Positions 26,776-37,311 of a DNA stretch of 64,000 bases are shown here, piece after piece. The translations under genes and the position numbers were made by a program. Within the stretch, counting starts at the first letter, position 1. Every line of letters starts with the position of its first letter. Source of the stretch: Alkalispirochaeta sp. (GTDB taxonomy: Bacteria > Spirochaetota > Spirochaetia > DSM-27196 > Alkalispirochaetaceae); assembly GCA_965601925.1 (NCBI GenBank), contig OZ271854.1, forward strand, positions 3,552,001 through 3,616,000, read 5' to 3'. Below the pieces are notes generated by a model. That model did not search any database. It was not told the origin of the DNA and was given only the letters and a program-made list of their open reading frames with translations.

Positions 26776-28104
26776 ATGGAAGGGCGGCTGCCCCCCCACA
26801 ACATCGAAGCCGAGGTTGCGACACTCGGCTCAATCCTACTCGATGCGCCGGCGATCGTTCGGGTGGTCGACTACGTTCGACCCGACGATTTCTATCGACG
26901 TGTCCACGGACTCATCTTCGAGGCGGTACTCAAGCTCTGGGATCGAGGTGAGAGTATCGACCTTATTACGCTCACCAACGAGTTGCAGTCGGGCGGCCAG
27001 TTGGAGAAGGTCGGCGGTGCGTCCTACATTTCGTCCCTGACCACCGCGGTGCCGACGAGCGCCAATGTCGAGTACTACGCGCAGATCGTCCAACAGACCA
27101 GCATGCGTCGCCGCCTCATCACGCTCGCCGCGGAGATTACCGAGAGTTGTTTCGACGATACGATACCCACACGACAAGTATTGGAGGATGCCGAACGGCG
27201 CATCTTCGAGCTTGCGGAGACGACCCAGGTACGCGGGTTCCAACCGGCGAAGGAGGTCGTCAAACGCACCGTCGCCGCGATCGAGAAGTTGTACCACAAT
27301 CAAGAGGACTTTACCGGTGTGCCGACGGGACTGCATGCCCTCGATAACTTGACCAGCGGGTTTCAAAATAGCGAGTTCATTATCGTCGGCGCACGACCGT
27401 CGGTCGGAAAGACGGCCCTCGCCCTCTCGATGGCGGCTAACATGGCGATCGGTCACAAGATTCCCGTCGGGTTTTTCACGTTGGAGATGAGCGATATGGC
27501 GCTCATGCAGCGACTGGTGGCCAGCGAGGCGAAAATACCGAGTCAGACGATCCGGACCGGGATGCTGCGACCCGCCGATTTTGCCAACTTGACCAACGCC
27601 GCGGGGCACATATACGAGGCGCCGTTGTGGATATCGGACACCCCCGGCATGCGCCTTTTGGACCTTCGCGCCCAGGCCAGGCGTATGGTAAGTCAGCACG
27701 CTATTCGAATCATCTTCATCGACTACATTACGTTGATCACCAACGAGAACGCCGAGCTCGCCCGGCACGAGCAGATCGCCGACATTTCGCGATCTCTCAA
27801 GGCCCTGGCGCGGGAGCTCGACATCCCCGTAGTTGCACTCTCTCAGGTGTCGCGCGATACTGAAGGAAAACGCCCCTTGCTTTCCAACATTCGAGAATCG
27901 GGGAGCATTGAGCAGGACGCCGACGTGGTGTTGTTTCTACACCGCGATCGAAACGTCGAGCGCGATACGACCGAGGCGTTGAACGTCATCGAGACCGAGT
28001 TAATCGTGGCAAAACAGCGCAACGGTCCGGTCGGAACGATAAAGATCGCCTTTGTACCGCGCTACACGAAGTTCGAGAATCTTGCAGAAGACGATGTAGG
28101 ATAG
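26776..28104 (+). CDS. dnaB: Replicative DNA helicase
   Basis: PPHNIEAE, GARPSVGKT, FTLEM, IDY, LSQ.SR, RESGSIEQDAD, KQRNGP. Confidence 0.97.
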   Translation: MEGRLPPHNIEAEVATLGSILLDAPAIVRVVDYVRPDDFYRRVHGLIFEAVLKLWDRGESIDLITLTNELQSGGQLEKVGGASYISSLTTAVPTSANVEYYAQIVQQTSMRRRLITLAAEITESCFDDTIPTRQVLEDAERRIFELAETTQVRGFQPAKEVVKRTVAAIEKLYHNQEDFTGVPTGLHALDNLTSGFQNSEFIIVGARPSVGKTALALSMAANMAIGHKIPVGFFTLEMSDMALMQRLVASEAKIPSQTIRTGMLRPADFANLTNAAGHIYEAPLWISDTPGMRLLDLRAQARRMVSQHAIRIIFIDYITLITNENAELARHEQIADISRSLKALARELDIPVVALSQVSRDTEGKRPLLSNIRESGSIEQDADVVLFLHRDRNVERDTTEALNVIETELIVAKQRNGPVGTIKIAFVPRYTKFENLAEDDVG

Positions 28105-28119
28105 GGAGGCCCCACAGAA

Positions 28120-28404
28120 ATGGACGTTACGAAGATGTTTAACTTTGACGAGCTCACCAACGGCGCCGAGCAACTGGTACTCGATGAGCTCGGCCGACAG
28201 CTCGAAGAACGTGACGACGACGCGTGCATTTCCGAGGACAGCGTAATGGACATGGCGACCTACGCCCTCAATCACGTGCGACCGATGTACCGCGTCAACC
28301 TCTTGGGGCGTCTCTATGCCGATACGCTTATGGAGGAGCACGGCGACGAGGTACGCTCCGCGGTGCGCGAGGCGATCGAAAAAATCTGCTCGGACTACCG
28401 CTAG
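28120..28404 (+). CDS. ComFB-family protein
   Basis: N..EQLV......C.....D...YALN...P.Y.V pattern of ComFB. Confidence 0.75.
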   Translation: MDVTKMFNFDELTNGAEQLVLDELGRQLEERDDDACISEDSVMDMATYALNHVRPMYRVNLLGRLYADTLMEEHGDEVRSAVREAIEKICSDYR

Positions 28405-28414
28405 CCGCGTCGTA

Positions 28415-30604
28415 TCACGACGACGGCGCCGGCTCGCCGCTTAACGGGTCGAAGGTGCGGCTCTCGTCACTCAGATCTCCCTCGTCCGCGCTGCGGAGGC
28501 GGTCCGTCGTCGGCGAGCGCTGCCGCCCGGACTCGGGGAGCGCGCTCGACTCCGAGACGAGCCGGTAATCGCGCAGCACGGTCGCATCGCTGTTCACGCT
28601 CAAGTAACGCGGCGTGGCAATTTCGTCTGTGGAGGCGAAGAACCGGCCGTCTTCGCGCAACGCGAGCCACGCTCCGCTTTCCATTACGTACAAATCGAGG
28701 ATGCGCGTGCCCTCGCGGCGATCGATCACCGAAACCGTGCCGTCTTGGTTGAGCGTGTATAGAAACGTCCCCTGGAGAAAAATGCGACGTGGAATGTGGG
28801 CGCGATTACGAAGCAGCTCGGTGACGCGTCTTCCGTCCCACCGAAGAATCCCACCGCGATCGTCGAGGGTGGTGTAGGCGGCGCCGGTAACCGGATCGAG
28901 CACCAACTCGGCCCTCGGATACTCACCCGGCACTTCTAAGATCGTCCGACGGCGGTTGAGATTGAACCCTTCGAACACTTCTATGACGGTCGACGGAACT
29001 CCGGAGCGATTATCGCGGACGCCGATAGCGAAGAGGCGACCACGCTGCTCATCGAAGGCGAGGAAAAACACGAGGCGACTCTCGGTTTCCAATGGGACGG
29101 TCTCCTGCGTATGGGGGTTGAGGCGGAGAATCGCCGAGTCGAGCGCGTCCTGACGCGCATTGCCGACAAAGATTCCGCGTGACGTACGAATAGCCGTTTG
29201 AAGTCCGCGCCCCCGGTAGGAAAAGAGGAGATCACCCGAGGTTTGCCGACGGAGCTCTACCGTCCCTCCACGGGTGAGCGATAAAATCTCATCTTGATAT
29301 GCGTGTATCGATAAGAGGCCGCTATCGAGCGTCCAGGCCAGGGGTGTGAGTTCCGACGTGTCGATGTGATAGCTCTTGATACGCCCGTCGCGACTTTCCG
29401 GTGTCCAGAGTAGAAGATCGTCCTCGGCGACGATAAAACGACTGCGTCCCCCCGCAGCGACCGAGGTCTCGCCGAAGGAGACGTAGCTGGTCTCCTCACC
29501 GTCGCGCGTCTGGGCGTCGAAGAAATCGCTCGCGATGGAGATGACGCGGTCACTGGTAAGCATGTGGAGACGGTTTTCCACCGCGTACAGATCGCTGACG
29601 GGAGTAATTTGATTCTCTGCAAACGATAGTGGGCGAGACGCGAAGGCCGGCCAGCGGAGAATTTCACCGTTCCGCGTGCCCGCAAAGAGCGTATCGTCGG
29701 CGAAGGTCTGCGACACGACCGACGCGGAAAACTCCCGACGCGTCGCATACCGTTGTTGGATTGCATCGCCGGTAAAACGGTAGCGGCGTACCGTTCGATT
29801 GCGGTCGCCTCGAATCACGGCGATGATGTCGCCGTTCCCCGCATCGGTCTGAATCGACTCGATATCCCCGACATCCGTCTCGGCGACTTGATTGCCGCTC
29901 AAGAGGTCGATCACCACCAGCCGCCCCGCCCCCGAGCGCGCCGCGGCAAAACGGCGTGTACTGAGGAGGGTGGGTAGCGAGAGATTCCGAGGTCCTTGGA
30001 ACGAGCCGGCAATTCTGCCGTTCGTCACGGTTCGATACGCTATCTCGCCGGTCGCCGGCGCGTAGGTCATGACGCGTTCCTCGCTGTCGGCGACGACCAT
30101 CCATGACACGATACCGGTGTTTTGACGCAGAAACGGAAGCGTTCTCCCGTTGTCACCGTCGATGACCCGTACGCTTCGTAGCGACGGGATCGAGTACATG
30201 ATGTACGAGCCCTGCGGCGAAGGCACCATCCACAGTACCGCGTCCTCGGGTGTGTGGAGAAACGAGCGCGTTCCTTCGCGCCAGTCCCAGACGGTAATGC
30301 GGTGCCGCTGTCCGTCAGACGAGTATACGGCGATGCGCTGCAGGTCGGGATAGAGCGCTATTCTCTGCAAAGGTATCTGATCGATGCGGATGCTCTGTAC
30401 GAGGCGCTCCTCGCGAGTGTCCCATACCAATAATTTCCCATCCTCGCCCGCGGTAAACAAGAGGTCCTCGTCGGTTTCGTAAATCATGTCGTGGATTTGC
30501 GAAGAGTGGCTCGAACGTACGGTGATGAGCGGCAAGGCGGCGAGGCCCGACGAGACGAGTGTAAAAACAACGATACAGATCGAAAGACGAGACGGTCTCA
30601 TCAC
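28415..30604 (-). CDS. Secreted WD40/beta-propeller protein
   Basis: Signal peptide; SHSS.I....LFTAGEDG.L.VWD; repeated beta-rich units. Confidence 0.75.
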   Translation of the reverse strand: MMRPSRLSICIVVFTLVSSGLAALPLITVRSSHSSQIHDMIYETDEDLLFTAGEDGKLLVWDTREERLVQSIRIDQIPLQRIALYPDLQRIAVYSSDGQRHRITVWDWREGTRSFLHTPEDAVLWMVPSPQGSYIMYSIPSLRSVRVIDGDNGRTLPFLRQNTGIVSWMVVADSEERVMTYAPATGEIAYRTVTNGRIAGSFQGPRNLSLPTLLSTRRFAAARSGAGRLVVIDLLSGNQVAETDVGDIESIQTDAGNGDIIAVIRGDRNRTVRRYRFTGDAIQQRYATRREFSASVVSQTFADDTLFAGTRNGEILRWPAFASRPLSFAENQITPVSDLYAVENRLHMLTSDRVISIASDFFDAQTRDGEETSYVSFGETSVAAGGRSRFIVAEDDLLLWTPESRDGRIKSYHIDTSELTPLAWTLDSGLLSIHAYQDEILSLTRGGTVELRRQTSGDLLFSYRGRGLQTAIRTSRGIFVGNARQDALDSAILRLNPHTQETVPLETESRLVFFLAFDEQRGRLFAIGVRDNRSGVPSTVIEVFEGFNLNRRRTILEVPGEYPRAELVLDPVTGAAYTTLDDRGGILRWDGRRVTELLRNRAHIPRRIFLQGTFLYTLNQDGTVSVIDRREGTRILDLYVMESGAWLALREDGRFFASTDEIATPRYLSVNSDATVLRDYRLVSESSALPESGRQRSPTTDRLRSADEGDLSDESRTFDPLSGEPAPSS

Positions 30605-32026
30605 TTACCCCCTGGCAAAGAAGAGGATGTCGTTAAAGAATGCAAAGAACATCAACCCGATTATGATCACGCTTCCCACCACCTGCAAACGATATATGAC
30701 GCGCGGGTTGAGCGGTTTTCGACGCATCATCTCCACGACCGTGAGAAGGATTTGTCCGCCGTCCAGAACCGGTATGGGAAGAAGATTCATGAAAAAGAGC
30801 GTAACGCTGATGAAGCTCAAGAAGTTGAAAAAAGAGAGAATGCCGCGTCCGATTCCCGACGCCAATCCCGCGGTGGCGACCTCTCCCACGAGATAGGTGA
30901 TTCGCACCGGCCCCATGACCGCCTGGTTTACGTCGACGCCCGAGAAGAGGAGTCCGATGCCGCGAATCGAAAGATAGAGCGTCTGCGTCGCCTGACGGAA
31001 CCCTTCCACGGCGCCGCCTATGATGCCGTACTCCGGCGGCGCAACCTCTATCGTCTCATAGGAGATACCGAGTCGCACAACTCCGTTCTCGTCGACCTCC
31101 GGCACCACGACAAACTCTCGCATCCGTCCATCTCGGTCCGCTCGTACGGAGACTCTCCGATTGCCGGCGTTCATGACCGCGTGCTCAACCGCGATCGAGT
31201 GGGGAACGGCAATCTCATCGACCTCGGTCGTCGTAACCGAGACGGTCGCGTTCTCCCGCGACTGGGGTTCCGGCGATTCCAGTCGTACCGCCACGATTCT
31301 GTCGCCCGCTTGAATGCCCGCGATCGCCGCCGGCGTGTCTTCGCCGACGGCGGCGACGACCGGCTCTACCCACGGGTACACGCCGATAAAGCCGATACCC
31401 GTAGCCGGGTCCAACTCGGGAGTGAGCGAAATCCGACGCTCCTCGCCGTTACGCAGTACGGTGAGCATAAGCTCGCGATCCGCCGACTGGCCGATCATCG
31501 TCTGCAGGTCGCGGAAGGTCTCCACGGACTCTCCGTCGATCGCCACGACACGATCCCCCGTCTCGAGGCCGGCGCGCGTGGCCACACTTGCCGGCGCGTC
31601 GTAGTCGCTTGCCAATACGATGCGGTTGGGAAACGTTTGGATCGACTGGCCGATGATCGTCGCTACCGCAAACACGATGACGGCGAATATGAAGTTTACC
31701 GCGGGGCCGGCGATGAGAATGATGATTCGCTTCCACGGACGGGCCGCGTAAAAATCGCCCTCTTGGACGTCGATCTGCGCGCTCCGTTCCTGCCACGCGC
31801 GATTGAGGGCCTGGTCTCCCTGCATCTTGCAGTAGCCGCCGATGGGCAACCAACTGATCCGATATTCGGTGCCGCCGCGGGTAAACGACCATATTTTTCG
31901 ACCCCAACCGACGCTGAACGCTTCTACGTTCACGCCGGCCCACTTTGCCGCAACGAGATGACCTAACTCGTGGATGAAGACGACCAGTCCGAGGCCGATG
32001 AGTCCGATGAGGACATTAACCATCAC
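30605..32026 (-). CDS. rseP: RIP metalloprotease RseP with PDZ domains
   Basis: HELGH, PIGGYC, AGP..N, two PDZ, NLLPIPVLDGG. Confidence 0.95.
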   Translation of the reverse strand: MMVNVLIGLIGLGLVVFIHELGHLVAAKWAGVNVEAFSVGWGRKIWSFTRGGTEYRISWLPIGGYCKMQGDQALNRAWQERSAQIDVQEGDFYAARPWKRIIILIAGPAVNFIFAVIVFAVATIIGQSIQTFPNRIVLASDYDAPASVATRAGLETGDRVVAIDGESVETFRDLQTMIGQSADRELMLTVLRNGEERRISLTPELDPATGIGFIGVYPWVEPVVAAVGEDTPAAIAGIQAGDRIVAVRLESPEPQSRENATVSVTTTEVDEIAVPHSIAVEHAVMNAGNRRVSVRADRDGRMREFVVVPEVDENGVVRLGISYETIEVAPPEYGIIGGAVEGFRQATQTLYLSIRGIGLLFSGVDVNQAVMGPVRITYLVGEVATAGLASGIGRGILSFFNFLSFISVTLFFMNLLPIPVLDGGQILLTVVEMMRRKPLNPRVIYRLQVVGSVIIIGLMFFAFFNDILFFARG

Positions 32027-32033
32027 GCAACTC

Positions 32034-32930
32034 CTAAATGCTATACAGTATCACGTAGCCGTAAAAAAAGAATGGTGCCGTAAACAGCGGTGAGTCAATC
32101 GAATCGAGCAAACCTCCGCGTCCCGGAATGAGATTACCCGAGTCTTTTACGGCCGCCGAGCGCTTGAACGCCGATTCCACCAAGTCTCCGACGATGGCGC
32201 TCGCTCCTACCAGTGCACCGAACGCAAGACGCATCCATAGTGGACCGGGAACGAGCGCGCTGTTCCACTCTCCGGCTAACACGAGCACCGCAACACTCGC
32301 CGAAAAGCCGCCGACGAACCCGATAACCGACTTATTGGGGCTTACGGCGACCGGCGGCGGGCTCCCGGGACGCGTGGTCGCTCTCCCGAAGAGCCGCCCG
32401 AATACCCACGCCATGCTATCGTTGAGATAGATGGACAGCAAAAAGAGGAGAATGAGTTCCGAGTTGAGCTCAAAGCCCACCAGTCGTACCACGTGCCAGG
32501 CAAACAGGCCCGGGTAGATCATGAGAAAGAGGTGCGAGGAGACGATGAGAACGATTCGGTTGAACTCGACGACGCGTCGCTTGAGCACTTGTACCGCCAT
32601 GATAACGGCCGAAAGCAGTACGAGGGTCGAGATGACCGTCGCCGACGGGGTCGCTCCGCGAAATCCGATGCCGACGTCCGCCGCGACGGATGCGTATCCT
32701 ACGATCGGCATCGCGGCGCCGAGAAAGGGAATAACGATGCGGCTTCCCGGATACTCTCGCATCGCGGCGGGAAAAAAAAACGCCGCCTCCCAGGCGGCCA
32801 GCGCTGACGCGGCTATGACAAGCATCCCGAAGACCGGCAACCCGTAGTTGCGTCCTACGAAGGCGCTTACGGCGAGAGCCGGTATACCTACGAAGAACAA
32901 TAGCAATCGTTGGAGCGTGTTGTTGCTCAT
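32034..32930 (-). CDS. cdsA: Phosphatidate cytidylyltransferase
   Basis: SPNKS..G..GG, GDLVES..KR...VKDSG.LIPG.GG.LD..DS; ATGA overlap with uppS. Confidence 0.93.
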   Translation of the reverse strand: MSNNTLQRLLLFFVGIPALAVSAFVGRNYGLPVFGMLVIAASALAAWEAAFFFPAAMREYPGSRIVIPFLGAAMPIVGYASVAADVGIGFRGATPSATVISTLVLLSAVIMAVQVLKRRVVEFNRIVLIVSSHLFLMIYPGLFAWHVVRLVGFELNSELILLFLLSIYLNDSMAWVFGRLFGRATTRPGSPPPVAVSPNKSVIGFVGGFSASVAVLVLAGEWNSALVPGPLWMRLAFGALVGASAIVGDLVESAFKRSAAVKDSGNLIPGRGGLLDSIDSPLFTAPFFFYGYVILYSI

Positions 32931-33643
32931 CGCATCCCTCCGTAGTTGCGCTTTCGATGCTGAAAGGCCTCTATCGCCGCCCTGAGGTCTTCGCCGTTCC
33001 ACTCCGGCCAGAGGCGCTCGCTGAAGTAGAGCTCGGCGTATGCCGAACCCCACAATAGGAAGTTGCTTATCCGTTGCTCGCCGCCGGTCCTGATGATGAG
33101 GTCGGGATCGGGAAAGTAGGGAAGATCGAGATGGGCGTGTAAATCGGCCTCATTCAAGTCGGCGGGTGCTTCGCCGTCTCCGTGCTCCTTGAGCCACCGA
33201 TTGACGGCCCGTACGATTTCGTTGCGCCCGCCGTAATTAACCGCGAGATTGATCGTAATCGCGTCGTACTCCTTGGTCTCTTCGGTTACGACTGCGATCT
33301 CCCGTTGCACGGCCGCGGGGAGTCCCGAAAGGTCGCCGCTATGGCGGACTCGTACCCGATTTTCGCGGTAGAAGTCGTATTGGTCACGAAGATTGCGGGC
33401 GACGAGGCCCATAATGAACGAAACCTCCTCCTCCGCGCGTCTCCAGTTCTCGGTGGAGAAGGCGTACAGCGAAAGAAATTCAATCCCCTGAGCGATCGCC
33501 TCACGGACGACGCGTTTTGCGGCCTCGACACCCTCTCGGTGCCCGCGGGTACGACGCATATTGCGCCTCGTTGCCCATCTGCCGTTGCCGTCCATGATGA
33601 TACCGATGTGTTTCGGCGTGCCAATCGGCTGCATCGTGGCCAT
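32927..33643 (-). CDS. uppS: Undecaprenyl diphosphate synthase
   Basis: HIGIIMDGNGRWA, AFSTENW.R, NYGGR.EI, IRTGGE.RISNFLLW. Confidence 0.96.
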   Translation of the reverse strand: MATMQPIGTPKHIGIIMDGNGRWATRRNMRRTRGHREGVEAAKRVVREAIAQGIEFLSLYAFSTENWRRAEEEVSFIMGLVARNLRDQYDFYRENRVRVRHSGDLSGLPAAVQREIAVVTEETKEYDAITINLAVNYGGRNEIVRAVNRWLKEHGDGEAPADLNEADLHAHLDLPYFPDPDLIIRTGGEQRISNFLLWGSAYAELYFSERLWPEWNGEDLRAAIEAFQHRKRNYGGMR

Positions 33644-34197
33644 TAGATTTCCAGAATCTCGCTCTCCTTGGCCGATAGCGCAGCATTTATCGCCTCGATA
33701 TGTTGATCGGTGAGCTTTTGAATCTTTTCCTCGCCGCGCTTGAGATCGTCTTCACTGATGTCGCCGCCCTTTTCAGCTCTTTTCAGCTCGTCATTGGCAT
33801 CGCGGCGTATGTTGCGGATCGCGACGCGGCCCTGTTCGGCCGTGTTCTTGGCAAGTTTCACGATCTCCTTGCGTCGCTCTTCGGTAAGGGGCGGTATGTT
33901 GATTCGAATGACCTTGCCGTCGTTATTCGGGTTCAGCGAGAGTTCCGACGCCTGAATCGCTTTTTCTATTTCGCCGAGGAGCGCCTTGTCCCAGGGCTGT
34001 ATCACGACCAATCGTGACTCGGGGATGCTGACACTGGCGACCTGGCTGAGCGGGGTAGGCGTCCCGTAATACTCCACGCGGATCTTGTCGAACATCGCCG
34101 CCGACGCGCGGCCCGTTCTCAGGCCCGCAAGCTCCTCCTCGAGAGAGGCGACACTCTTACCCATTCTCGTTTCGGCATCTTTTATTATCGCATCCAT
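33643..34197 (-). CDS. frr: Ribosome recycling factor
   Basis: LRTGRA, YYG..TPL, PPLTEERRKE, AIRNIRRDAN. Confidence 0.96.
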   Translation of the reverse strand: MDAIIKDAETRMGKSVASLEEELAGLRTGRASAAMFDKIRVEYYGTPTPLSQVASVSIPESRLVVIQPWDKALLGEIEKAIQASELSLNPNNDGKVIRINIPPLTEERRKEIVKLAKNTAEQGRVAIRNIRRDANDELKRAEKGGDISEDDLKRGEEKIQKLTDQHIEAINAALSAKESEILEI

Positions 34198-34257
34198 GGA
34201 TATCTCCCCATACAAAATGCCCCCGCTCGGAAGGTCCGGGCGGGGTGCCGTTCGTCG

Positions 34258-35103
34258 TTATATCTCTTCGCCGACCGAATATACGAGATAGTCGGCCACG
34301 GTGATCGTCCCGCCGACCGCTTTGCTCACCTCTTTGGCGACGTCATTGACGGACTTTTTTTCATCCTTAACGAAGCCCTGCTCGAGGAGACAAATCTCCG
34401 CAAGATGCTTGCGAAGTTTACCCTGGGCGATACCTTGGAGCACCTTCTCGGGCTTGTCCATATTTCGCGCCTGGGTAAGAAAAATCTCCTCTTGCTCCTT
34501 GCGATAGCCTTCGTCGACCGTAGCGGCGGAAAGAAACGTCGGACGGAAGGCGGCGGCATGGAGCGCCACGTCAAAAGCAAAGTCTTTCACTTCTTGTCGC
34601 TCCAGAAGATCGCTCTTGTCCGCCTCCACGACCACCGCGCCGCCGATGCGGCCGCTATCGCCGTGAACATAGGAGGAGAAGATCTGATTGTCTTTCTTCT
34701 GAAGCACTCCGAATCGACGCAAGCTCATGTTCTCTTTGATCGTGGAGATCGCGTCCTTTACTTTGGTTGCGAGCTCATCGTCGGCCTCGCTCAGGTTGCG
34801 GGCGAGAATATCGCGCGTGAGATCCTCGCCCAAGGCGACGAAGCTCTCGTTGCGCGCTACGAAGTCGGTCTCGCATGCGAGCTCCAAAACGACGGCGCGG
34901 TCACCTTCGGTTGCGACGAAAATGCGACCCTCGTTGGTCGCGCGCCCGCTACGCTTTTCCGCGGCGGCCTTACCCAGCTCCTTGAGAATGCGCTCCGCCT
35001 TCTCGAAGTCGCCACCGGCCTCCTCGAGCGCCTTTTTACAATCCATCATACCTGCGCCGGTCTTCTCGCGCAGCTTTTTCACATCTGCGGCTGTAATTGC
35101 CAT
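34258..35103 (-). CDS. tsf: Elongation factor Ts
   Basis: VK.LREKTGAGMMDCKKAL, CETDFVA. Confidence 0.97.
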   Translation of the reverse strand: MAITAADVKKLREKTGAGMMDCKKALEEAGGDFEKAERILKELGKAAAEKRSGRATNEGRIFVATEGDRAVVLELACETDFVARNESFVALGEDLTRDILARNLSEADDELATKVKDAISTIKENMSLRRFGVLQKKDNQIFSSYVHGDSGRIGGAVVVEADKSDLLERQEVKDFAFDVALHAAAFRPTFLSAATVDEGYRKEQEEIFLTQARNMDKPEKVLQGIAQGKLRKHLAEICLLEQGFVKDEKKSVNDVAKEVSKAVGGTITVADYLVYSVGEEI

Positions 35104-35215
35104 GTGTATCCTCCTCGTTCAGTATCTTCCTCGAATCCGGCGAGCGAGTGTTCGGACCCGCATCGATGCGCTACCGAAACTGGCGTGCTCGCTCGCCTCC
35201 TTCGTTTCCGGAAGA

Positions 35216-36175
35216 TCAGTCTTGGTACAGCGTCTCCTCGTCCAGACCGGCTTCTTTCGCAACGGCCTCTTCGGGAGTCGTCTCGTCGGCGGGAAGCTCA
35301 TGGTCGGCACCGGGCTCGTAGTCGGAGTAGTCCTCGGCGGTGAATCCGGCCTCTTCCTCGCTGTCCGCGCCGACCGCAGCGGCCAGCTTTACCGTCTCGA
35401 CATCCTCGTCCTCGTCCTCGCGTTCCGCGGCGGTACCGGCGTAGTTCTCGTCCTCTTCGTCGTCTTGAAGGTTTTCGATGACCTCAAGCCCAATCTCGTT
35501 GTCGGCCTCGATGACCGCCTTCGAGATGATCTGGGTGAAGAGCGTGATGGCACGAATGGCGTCGTCGTTGCCGGGAATCGGATAGTCGATGCCCGTCGGA
35601 TCGCAGTTGGTGTCGACGACCGCCACGATGGGAATGCCCATGCGACTCGCCTCGGCGACCGCGATCGCCTCCTTGCGGGTATCGATCACGAAGATCGCGC
35701 CGGGGAGCTCCTTCATCTCCTTGATACCGCCGAGGTTCTTCTCCAAACGTTGCTTCTCTTTGAGCAGTTTGGCGACCTCTTTCTTGGTCAGGCTGTCGAA
35801 GGTGCCGTCTATTTCCATCTTTTCGAGCTTCTTAAGACGGAGTAATGATTTCTTGATCGTTGAAAAGTTGGTGAGCATGCCGCCGAGCCAACGGTTGTTG
35901 ACGTAATGCATGCCGCAGGCAAGCGCCTCTTTTTCAATGGCTTGCTGTGCCTGTTTTTTTGTGCCGACAAACAGAATCGACTTACCCTGCAATACCGTGC
36001 CGCGGATCATCTCGTATGCATCCTTGATCGCCACGATCGTCTTCTGCAGATCGATGATGTGAATGCCGTTGCGTTCCGCGAAGATATACCTCTTCATTCG
36101 CGGATCCCATCTCTTGGTCTGATGGCCGAAGTGCACACCGGACTCAAGCAGGTTCTTCATCGTAACTACTGCCAC
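35216..36175 (-). CDS. rpsB: 30S ribosomal protein S2 with acidic tail
   Basis: [41 protein letters not shown]. Confidence 0.97.
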   Translation of the reverse strand: MAVVTMKNLLESGVHFGHQTKRWDPRMKRYIFAERNGIHIIDLQKTIVAIKDAYEMIRGTVLQGKSILFVGTKKQAQQAIEKEALACGMHYVNNRWLGGMLTNFSTIKKSLLRLKKLEKMEIDGTFDSLTKKEVAKLLKEKQRLEKNLGGIKEMKELPGAIFVIDTRKEAIAVAEASRMGIPIVAVVDTNCDPTGIDYPIPGNDDAIRAITLFTQIISKAVIEADNEIGLEVIENLQDDEEDENYAGTAAEREDEDEDVETVKLAAAVGADSEEEAGFTAEDYSDYEPGADHELPADETTPEEAVAKEAGLDEETLYQD

Positions 36176-36318
36176 GATTCCTCCTCTGTGTGAGTTTCGT
36201 ACTCACCCCTTCGCTTTTGTCTCGTCCGTCTTCTCCTCTGAGAAGGCGGCGGAAGATTATGATGTTTCGGCCGACGACATAAATCTCTATCGCATATCGA
36301 GTTCGTCGAACAGGCGAC

Positions 36319-37038
36319 CTACGATTCGGGACCGAAAAATCGAGTGATCATAGAATATACGGTCTGTATTGGCAAGCCCATGACCGCGCTGTGGCTTCCG
36401 TCGATACGACTCACGAATGCCGCTGCGAGTCCTTGAATACGGTACGCTCCGGCGACGCCACGCCACTGGCCGCTCTCGAGATAGCGTCCGATTTCGCCGT
36501 CGGTAAGCGTGATAAACGACACCGCACTCGTCGACACCTCCTCGATGTGTGCGTCGTGAGGTCTTCCCGTCGCGCGAATATCGATCGAGGCGGGCGGGGT
36601 GATGGACTCAAGGCGGGCTTGAGACGCGGGGACGAGGACCACTGCGGTATGGACGAGATGAGTTCGCCCGGAGAGAAGCCGCAGCATCCGCTCGGCGTCT
36701 GAACGGTCCGACGGCTTGTCGAGTATCTCGTCGTCGATCGCGACGACCGTGTCGGCGGCGAGGAGCCCCACCGTGTCTTCCGCTCGCGTTCCGTGAAGCG
36801 CCTTGAGACGTGCGCGGCGCAGGCACACCTCGACGGCCGCCGTCTCCGGCGCAACTCCCTCGGAGATAACCGTTGCGCGACTGATCGCCTTTTCGTCGGC
36901 ATCCACCGGGCGCACCTCGTGCGCAACGCCGATTTGGTGGAGGAGCTCACGGCGGCGGGGACTGGCGCTCGCGAGGGTGATGCGATGCGGTACAAACGGG
37001 GCGGCTTGCTCGTTCGCGGGCGGGGAATCTTGGTCCAT
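36319..37038 (-). CDS. maf: Maf-family nucleotide pyrophosphatase
   Basis: LASASPRRRELL, AADTVV, KP....A..ML..LSG..H, AGAY.IQG, VMGLP. Confidence 0.92.
   Translation of the reverse strand: MDQDSPPANEQAAPFVPHRITLASASPRRRELLHQIGVAHEVRPVDADEKAISRATVISEGVAPETAAVEVCLRRARLKALHGTRAEDTVGLLAADTVVAIDDEILDKPSDRSDAERMLRLLSGRTHLVHTAVVLVPASQARLESITPPASIDIRATGRPHDAHIEEVSTSAVSFITLTDGEIGRYLESGQWRGVAGAYRIQGLAAAFVSRIDGSHSAVMGLPIQTVYSMITRFFGPES
36347..36375 (-). promoter_or_regulatory. Putative rpsB-tsf promoter inside the 3' end of maf
   Basis: TTGCCA-N17-TATGAT on minus strand. Confidence 0.5.
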
Positions 37039-37311
37039 GGCGCGACCGTACCACGGAGGTCGACGACTCTCAACTACCAACGAGCGTCGTGCGCGGTTGG
37101 GATGCACGAATGCACGATGACGCGTTTGTTTTTTTATAACCCCGATATCGTTGGGCGCGATCCATCGCCGCCGGCCGCACGCTTCATTGACATTTCCGCG
37201 GCCTATGCGGAGGGTTAGTGTAAGACGGCATGAAGGCGTCATGCACCCGCGTTTTGCGAATACTCGCCCGTCGGTCGACCGAGTATTACCATCGTTCGTA
37301 AGGAGGCATCC

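Noticed and set aside
30491..31966. 491-aa plus-strand ORF
   Set aside because: Antisense shadow of rseP in GC-rich DNA, no motifs
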